A stretch of 62,592 nucleotides of DNA, counting the filler, from Deltaproteobacteria bacterium (GTDB lineage Bacteria; JAGRBM01; JAHCIT01): the NCBI GenBank assembly GCA_026129095.1. It is 3 parts of 3 records of this genome, joined end to end, with 100 filler letters (N's around TTAATTAATTAA, not from the genome) between each part and the next. Parts side by side here need not be neighbours in the genome. Positions count along the whole stretch, not along the records: positions 30,583 to 59,408 come from JAHCIT010000018.1; positions 59,509 to 62,592 come from JAHCIT010000023.1; 1 more part is not named here. The stretch is one strand, 5' to 3'. Positions 56,855-62,592 of this stretch are shown here, piece after piece. The notes below the pieces were generated by a model. The model saw only the letters and a program-made list of their open reading frames with translations. It was not told the origin of the DNA and ran no database searches. The position numbers and the translations under genes were made by a program. Position 1 is the stretch's first letter, and every line of letters begins with the position of its first letter.

Positions 56855-56963
56855 CCCCCACCTAGTCCCTACTTTTCAGTTTATTCCCAATAGAAATAGA
56901 TGGTTGGAAGGTGGGGGCTTGGATGAGGACCGGGTGGGGGTATGGAGAGGGCTTCGGTGGGGG
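56855..56963. repeat. GGTGGGGG repeats with 23-bp period plus an inverted copy around an AT-rich core
   Basis: Direct copies at 56910, 56933, 56956; inverted CCCCCACC at 56855. Confidence 0.65.
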
Positions 56964-57743
56964 TTTTCTCGCTGCTCGTGAAGTTATTTCAGGCCCGCCC
57001 GTCGGCTCATCCGAGAAAATCCCAGCCAGTTCAATGCGTTGTGGCTCATCCGGGCAACTGAGGTTTCGCCGGTGGTGGGTGGTGGTACCTGATCATCACC
57101 CCTACTCCCAGGCGGCTTCGGCGCCAGAATAGATCCGGGTTCGCCTCCGGTGTAACTGCTCGCCTCTTATGGACTTACCCAGACGCCGCCGCTGGTCCGT
57201 CACCAGTCAATATGGTCCTCGGCTGCGGCAAGTTTTCGGTGATACCTGCCGTCTGCGGCGGCCCGTCACCGGAGAGATTTCTAACCGCCATGGCTCGTCG
57301 ATGGAGTTTATAGGCTGACTGCTTCGGCTGAAGTGCGGTATGCCATTGCCATTGGCTCCTTCTCGTTTTCGAGGAGCCGCTCACCTTGGAATCTCTGACT
57401 TAATAACCGGTCCAGTCGGGGGAAGGTCAGGCGGCATATGAGACGGCACGGCAGCCGCCATGAGATGGTGAATGGGTTGTCGCGTTTCCGGGTTATTGGG
57501 ACCGACTTTAGAGTCGGTTCCTAATTGATAGACCAGGGCCAGTTGCATTGGACGGGTCAGGCCATTTTCTGCGGAAGCCCGTCTTTACCGACACACATCC
57601 TGTTACGGGCAGAAGCGATGCTCCCGCAGTCTAAATCAACAACGGATAGCCCAAAGAATTTTCGAAATAGTTGAAGGCATTGTGTTGCTCGGTTATAAAA
57701 ACCGTTCTGGCGTAGATGGTGAATGGGCGGTTGGAGGGGATCT

Positions 57744-59408
57744 GTGCCGACAATTCTCGATAATATCGACAAGAAGCTCCTCCCAAACCTGAACGATTGG
57801 CTGAAATCCGCAAAGCGAGCGGATTTTTGTGTGGGTTACTTTAACCTGCGCGGTTGGAGGGGGATCGCGTCACCGTTCGATGCGTGGACCGGCGCGGATG
57901 AAAACCGTTGCCGGTTACTGATCGGGATGCACGTCAGCGCCGCTGCGGAAATTGACGACATCATTGGCGATGGCATGTCGAAGAAAAGCCTGCTCGGCCT
58001 GGAGGAGTTGAAAGAACTCCGCAGGGAAATGGCGAAGAGCTTACGGGAGCAGCTTTCCTACGGTTCATTTAGCAACGTCGATGAAGCAGGACTCCGGCAG
58101 CTCTACCGGCAACTCAAGAATAAGCAGGTCTCGGTAAAACTTTACCCTCACCGGCTGCACGCGAAGCTATACCTTCTCCATTACGATCACTCCGTAAAGC
58201 CGTTCCATGCCGTCGTCGGCAGTAGCAACCTCACGCGATCCGGGCTTGAGAAACAGGGTGAGCTAAACGTTACGGTTGAAGAAAACGTCGCATGTGCTGA
58301 ACTGCTCCAGTGGTTCAATGATCGATGGAACGATCCGAAATGCTTTGATGTCTCGGAAGAGCTGATTCAGGCAATCGAGGATAGCTGGGCGAGTGAAGAG
58401 ATCATCCCCCCTTACTTCATTTACCTAAAAATGGCCTACCACCTGTCGGAGCTGGCGCGCGAGGGCGTCCGGACGTTTTCATTGCCACAGGAATTCCGTG
58501 GGGTCCTCCTGCCGTTTCAGGAGAAAGCCGTTCAGATAGCCGCCTATCATGTCAACGAATACGGCGGGGTGATGATCGGTGATGTGGTCGGCCTCGGCAA
58601 AACGATGGTCGCGTCGGCCCTCGCGAAGGTCTTCCAGGAAGATCAGCGGTCGAGGATTCTGATTGTCTGTCCGAAAAACCTGAAGAAAATGTGGGAGGAA
58701 TACGCAGAGCATTTCAAGATCGCAGCGCGAGTGCTCTCCCAGAGCGAAATTCTGACACAACTGGATGGCATCAATCACTCATACGATCTCGTTATCATCG
58801 ACGAAAGCCACAATCTGAGAAACCGCGAAGGCAAGCGGTTTAAAAGGCTTCAGCAATATATTCACGAGAACGAGAGCCAGTGCGTTCTGCTGACCGCGAC
58901 GCCGTACAACAAGGAATACCGGGATCTTTCCAGTCAGCTCGGTCTGTTCATGAACGAGACGGATGATCTTGGTATCCGGCCGGAGCGGGCGATACGGCAG
59001 ATCGGCGGCGATAAGGCATTTGTCGCCAGGCACTCGTGCCATCCCACGACCCTGAAGGCGTTCGACAAGAGCGAGTATTCCGAAGACTGGCGCAACCTCA
59101 TGCGGCTGTTTCTGATCCGCCGTACCCGGGGATTCGTAAAAGAGCATTACGCCAAAACCGATCCTAAGAACGGCAGGAAGTATCTGGAGCTGGGTGACGG
59201 CACGCGATCGTATTTCCCGGACCGGCTGCCAAAAACGCAGAAGTTCGAGATCAACGACCAGTACGCCCAGCTCTATTCGGAAAAAGTCGTCGACATCATC
59301 AATAAGCTGGAACTCCCTCGGTACGGACTCGGCGCCTATGTGAAGGAAGGAAGCCATAAGGCCAGCAAGGCAGAGGAAGGGCTACTTGATGACCTTTCCC
59401 GCGCGGGG
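57744..59408 (+). CDS. PLD-nuclease-SNF2-like helicase fusion, truncated by the contig end
   Basis: GGAGGGG RBS plus GTG (MPTILDNID); LHAKLY...GSSNLT (PLD); GDVVGLGKT, DESH, TATP helicase motifs. Confidence 0.85.
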
Positions 59409-59508
59409 NNNNNNNNNNNNNNNNNNNNNNNNNNNNNNNNNNNNNNNNNNNNTTAATTAATTAANNNNNNNNNNNNNNNNNNNNNNNNNNNNNNNNNNNN
59501 NNNNNNNN
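59409..59508. other. Artificial contig linker
   Basis: N44-TTAATTAATTAA-N44. Confidence 0.97.
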
Positions 59509-59532
59509 GGCCCACGAATCTCCCCTGCTGTT

Positions 59533-59943
59533 TTACTTTTTCCTTTTGCCCCCGGCTTCGAGCCGGGCGACATACTCCTCGTCGTCCAGTATCGACCTGA
59601 GTTTCTCCCAGAACCTCGGCGACTGCGGCAGCACGGCAAGACGTTTGACGATGTCGGGCGGGAGCGTGCCGCGCCCCAGCACCCTGATATCGGGCGGGGC
59701 TTCGACATCGGCGGACTTGCCGCCGCAGAATCTCCAGAACTCCTCCCGGTCCAGGCTCAAGGCGTCGGCAAAGAGGTTCGCCCTGGCGAAGGGGAAGCTG
59801 ACGAGTCCGTTCTCGATACGGCTTACGGCCATGTGGTTCGGCAGGCCCACGGAAGCGGCGAGCGCGGCCTGCGTGATGCCGAGTTTCTCGCGGCGCTCCC
59901 TCAGATAGGCGCCGATCCGTTTCCGCCTGGATTCCGTATTCAC
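59533..59943 (-). CDS. XRE-family HTH repressor (CI-like)
   Basis: IGAYLRERREKLGITQAALA...VSRIENG. Confidence 0.8.
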   Translation of the reverse strand: MNTESRRKRIGAYLRERREKLGITQAALAASVGLPNHMAVSRIENGLVSFPFARANLFADALSLDREEFWRFCGGKSADVEAPPDIRVLGRGTLPPDIVKRLAVLPQSPRFWEKLRSILDDEEYVARLEAGGKRKK

Positions 59944-60100
59944 AGATAATGTGCCTTATTTCCAGAGTTGTGACACCCGTCAACTAGCAGTTCTCGGCAC
60001 CGTTGTCCAGCGGCTTTTTCCCGGAAATACCGTGAATAATGAACAATAAACCAGCATTTTCGCATACATGTGAAATGATCGTGGGTCACAATCATACCGG

Positions 60101-60129
60101 TTGAAATGCACATAAAATGTGCGTATTGT
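60101..60129 (+). promoter_or_regulatory. Sigma70 promoter with embedded operator for the Cro-like gene
   Basis: TTGAAA-17bp-TATTGT; palindrome GCACAT-AAA-ATGTGC (60108-22) in the spacer; a second CACA-N3-AATGTGC at 59941. Confidence 0.6.
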
Positions 60130-60154
60130 GTCCCCACAGGAAAGGACATCGCCC

Positions 60155-60385
60155 ATGCTCGCAGCCACCATGCTCAGCCTCCGAAGCCGCACCACCCTCA
60201 ACCAGAACCAGTTCGCCCGCCTCGTCGGCGTCTCCCCCTCCACCGTGAAGGCCTGGGAGCAGGGACGCTTTGTCTCGATCCAGATGAAAACCCAGCGCAA
60301 GCTGCAGAAGGCCCTGGGGCTTACGAACCGGGAACTTCTCGCCCTCTTCTACAGGAACGACACCGGCCTTGGGCCGATCCGATAG
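60155..60385 (+). CDS. Small XRE/Cro-like HTH protein
   Basis: AAAGGA RBS; LNQNQFARLVGVSPSTVKAWEQG. Confidence 0.8.
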   Translation: MLAATMLSLRSRTTLNQNQFARLVGVSPSTVKAWEQGRFVSIQMKTQRKLQKALGLTNRELLALFYRNDTGLGPIR

Positions 60386-60457
60386 CCGTATATAAACCGT
60401 AAATCAACCCCCGCCCTGCGCCGCCAGACGGCACAGGGAACAAGGAGAACTTGTCCA

Positions 60458-60715
60458 ATGAAAATGAGGGAAAAACAGGCAGTTAGCGTCGATTGCACCT
60501 ACCGGAGTGATTTTGCCTGCCAGTTCCGGGTGACGATCGCACGGGACGGCCGGACCGTGACTGACGACCTCAGGATCGAAGCCCGGCCTGGCCAGGCGCT
60601 CGGGCGGATCAAGGAGTTCTGCGACCGGTACCATCTCGACGTGATGGAACTGATGCACAAGCTGGCGCGTTCAGTGGAGGAGCCCGAACTGTCGGTGACG
60701 GGTGGCGCCATATGA
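60458..60715 (+). CDS. Hypothetical protein (mobile element)
   Basis: AAGGAG RBS; 85 aa; co-oriented between the Cro-like gene and the primase. Confidence 0.6.
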   Translation: MKMREKQAVSVDCTYRSDFACQFRVTIARDGRTVTDDLRIEARPGQALGRIKEFCDRYHLDVMELMHKLARSVEEPELSVTGGAI

Positions 60716-60828
60716 GAGCCTTCCGGCTGAAACAGCCCAAAGGGGGACCTCCCTGGCATATCGCCATTGCCCTGAGCGGTGAATGGGCCGGGGATTTTCA
60801 CGCAGCGGTTCCCGGGGCTGCAGCTTAA
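60712..60828 (+). CDS. Putative 38-aa peptide
   Basis: ATGA overlap with the upstream gene; MRAFRLKQPKGGPPWHIAIALSGEW... Confidence 0.35.
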   Translation: MRAFRLKQPKGGPPWHIAIALSGEWAGDFHAAVPGAAA

Positions 60829-60861
60829 CGAAGGTTCGCTTCATCATAAGGATGCAGGTCC

Positions 60862-62592
60862 GTGGACGATTTTTCCCGCATCAAGGCCGAGGTGGATCTG
60901 CTGGAGTTCATACTCCGGGAGAGCGGCCGGACGGTAAGAAAAACCTTCTCCGGTTATGTCCAGATCGACGAGTGCCCGTTCTGCCGGGGTCACGGCTGCT
61001 TTACCGTTCAAACGGGCGACGAGAAGTATTTCAAATGCTTCCAGTGCGAAGCGAAGGGAGATATTTATAGCTTCGTCCAGGCTTTCCGGAAACTGGCCTC
61101 GCCGCTCGAGGCACTCCGGCAGATCGCCGGGGAGCGGGGGATCCCGCTGGAAACGAGACAGGTGGAGCCGCCGCCGGACCCGCTCAGAATCCGGCGCAGG
61201 GAGATATTTGAAAAGGCACTGGCCCACTATCAGGAGGTTCTTTTTTCGGAACCAGGCGAACTGGCCCTGCGGTATCTCACCGAAGAGCGCGGCCATACAC
61301 TTGAAACGATCCGGAGTTTTGGGCTTGGGCTGACCGATGGGCGGATCAATAGCTCGCTACGCGCGACCTTGTCCATTCACGACCTCGTTCAATCGGGCCT
61401 TGTGAACTCAAGCGAAGACGGACGCACCTGCGACGCTTTCCCCGCCGGTCTCATTGTTTTTCCCCACTGGACCACCGGATCCGGCGGAAAGCATATCGCC
61501 GACATCACGCTGAAGCCGTACGAAACCGGTAAAACGCCGCTCCGGCTCAGGTCCGAATTCCGGGATCCATCGTGCCTGTTTCTGAACCAGCCAGCGCTCC
61601 GGGAGCGCCGCATCGTCGTCGTCGAAGGCCAGCACGATCTTCTCTCTGTTGCCGGGAAAGCGGGATTTACTGGCGCCATTGCCACCTGCGGACAGCTTTC
61701 CAGCGGGCAGATCGAACTGATGGCGAAACTCGCGCCTGGAAAGACCCTGTATCTCGCGTTCGATAACGACAGCGCCGGGCGGATGTACGCGGAGAAGCTG
61801 AAAAGCCGGCTTTCGGACAAACTCATTCCACCGGTTCTACAAAAACTACTTGGCGCCAGGGGTTTCGACGTCCGGCAACTCCGGTGGCCCAGCACGGCCA
61901 GGGACATCGACGAGTTTCTGTCATCCAGTCCGGAACCGGCCAGGGCTTTTGAAAAGCTTCTCGACGACGCCGCGCCGCTATATGCGCCGCTTGGTCACTG
62001 CCTTGAGCTGTTCAGGCAGCAGTGCTCGGAGCAAAAGCGGAACTTCTACGGCCCCGAAGCGGCCAAGGACCAGGCCGACATCATCTTCGAGTGGCTTGAG
62101 AGCGACGGGCGGTTCTTCGTCCAGCGCGGGGCCGAGCACAAGACCTATGTGAGCTTCAGGGGGCAGGTTTTCGAGATCGGGGACGATCCGAGGTTCAAGA
62201 CGCTGCTCTTCGAGCTTGCCAGGCTCGTTTACGCCGAAGGAAGGACGAAAATCATCATGGAAGTCGTCGAGTACCAGTGCCGTCTGAAAGGCCGCCGGAT
62301 CGAAGTGTCGCCCTGGCTCCATGTGGAGGGAGACCGTGAAATCTATCTCCACCCCGGCCGGCCGGACGACCTTATTCTCAGGATCGCCGATGGGCAGGTA
62401 CAAACCGTTCCCAACGCCGTGTCGTGCCTGCTCCGCCCGTCGAACAAGATGACGGCAATCGAATTCGACCCGGACGTGAACATCCAGCGGGCTTTTGGCG
62501 ATTTCCACCACCTTTTCATAAGCAATCTCTCGACCACCCCCGAAAGCCGGTATTTTACCGCCTGCTGGTGTTTGAACATCTTCCTCCTCGGG
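60862..62592 (+). CDS. Mobile-element DnaG-like primase (Zn finger plus TOPRIM) with C-terminal extension, runs off the window (not in the ORF track)
   Basis: Manual translation from GTG 60862: MDDFSRIKAEVDLLEFI...CPFC...CFQC..KGD..F...YLTEERG...FGLG...VVEGQHD...LYLAFDNDSAG...DIDEFL. Confidence 0.85.
   Translation, partial: MDDFSRIKAEVDLLEFILRESGRTVRKTFSGYVQIDECPFCRGHGCFTVQTGDEKYFKCFQCEAKGDIYSFVQAFRKLASPLEALRQIAGERGIPLETRQVEPPPDPLRIRRREIFEKALAHYQEVLFSEPGELALRYLTEERGHTLETIRSFGLGLTDGRINSSLRATLSIHDLVQSGLVNSSEDGRTCDAFPAGLIVFPHWTTGSGGKHIADITLKPYETGKTPLRLRSEFRDPSCLFLNQPALRERRIVVVEGQHDLLSVAGKAGFTGAIATCGQLSSGQIELMAKLAPGKTLYLAFDNDSAGRMYAEKLKSRLSDKLIPPVLQKLLGARGFDVRQLRWPSTARDIDEFLSSSPEPARAFEKLLDDAAPLYAPLGHCLELFRQQCSEQKRNFYGPEAAKDQADIIFEWLESDGRFFVQRGAEHKTYVSFRGQVFEIGDDPRFKTLLFELARLVYAEGRTKIIMEVVEYQCRLKGRRIEVSPWLHVEGDREIYLHPGRPDDLILRIADGQVQTVPNAVSCLLRPSNKMTAIEFDPDVNIQRAFGDFHHLFISNLSTTPESRYFTACWCLNIFLLG

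Larger units (their letters stand above)
59509..62592. mobile_element. Prophage / phage-satellite / ICE-like regulatory and replication module
   Basis: Divergent CI/Cro pair with operators, small ORFs and primase; no integrase or structural gene visible. Confidence 0.65.

Noticed and set aside
57308-57352. 14-codon minus-strand ORF MAMAYRTSAEAVSL with a strong AAGGAG RBS
   Set aside because: Too short to support; it may be a decayed gene start, but no homology is recognisable
59409-59508. PLD-helicase as cargo of the phage-like element; ORFs containing X runs
   Set aside because: The join is an artificial linker, so the ORFs crossing it are artefacts

Overview
This is a GC-rich bacterial window, probably from a deltaproteobacterial-type MAG (judged from the RpsB and short EF-Ts sequences). 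It consists of three contigs joined by artificial N44-TTAATTAATTAA-N44 linkers at 30483-30582 and 59409-59508, so adjacency across those points is not real. Contig 1 (1-30482) carries a B12-radical SAM gene and a degenerate O-methyltransferase, a mirror-image pair of GT-C-like glycosyltransferase cassettes around an SGNH hydrolase, and a ~4,280-aa secreted adhesin-SpvB/FG-GAP-Rhs polymorphic toxin with a coupled lipoprotein (candidate immunity gene). It also carries a type V-B CRISPR-Cas locus: cas4/1, cas2, an antisense nucleotidyltransferase plus partner pair, a ~1,458-aa cas12b, a readable tracrRNA with its own promoter, a leader, and at least 19 identical 36-nt repeats. Contig 2 (30583-59408) carries tRNA-Ser(CGA), an epimerase, an SDR, gltBD, rpsB-tsf-pyrH-frr-uppS, a DEAD-box helicase, a sigma54-controlled Czc/Cus-type RND efflux system with its two-component regulator, two clusters of phased short repeats, and a truncated PLD-SNF2 helicase. 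Contig 3 (59509-62592) is a phage/satellite-like CI/Cro switch followed by a Zn-finger/TOPRIM primase. The strongest novelty candidates are the toxin-antitoxin-like NTase module embedded in the Cas12b locus, the Cas12b/tracrRNA pair, a second anti-repeat in the leader, and a transmembrane/lipobox hairpin inserted inside the Rhs core.
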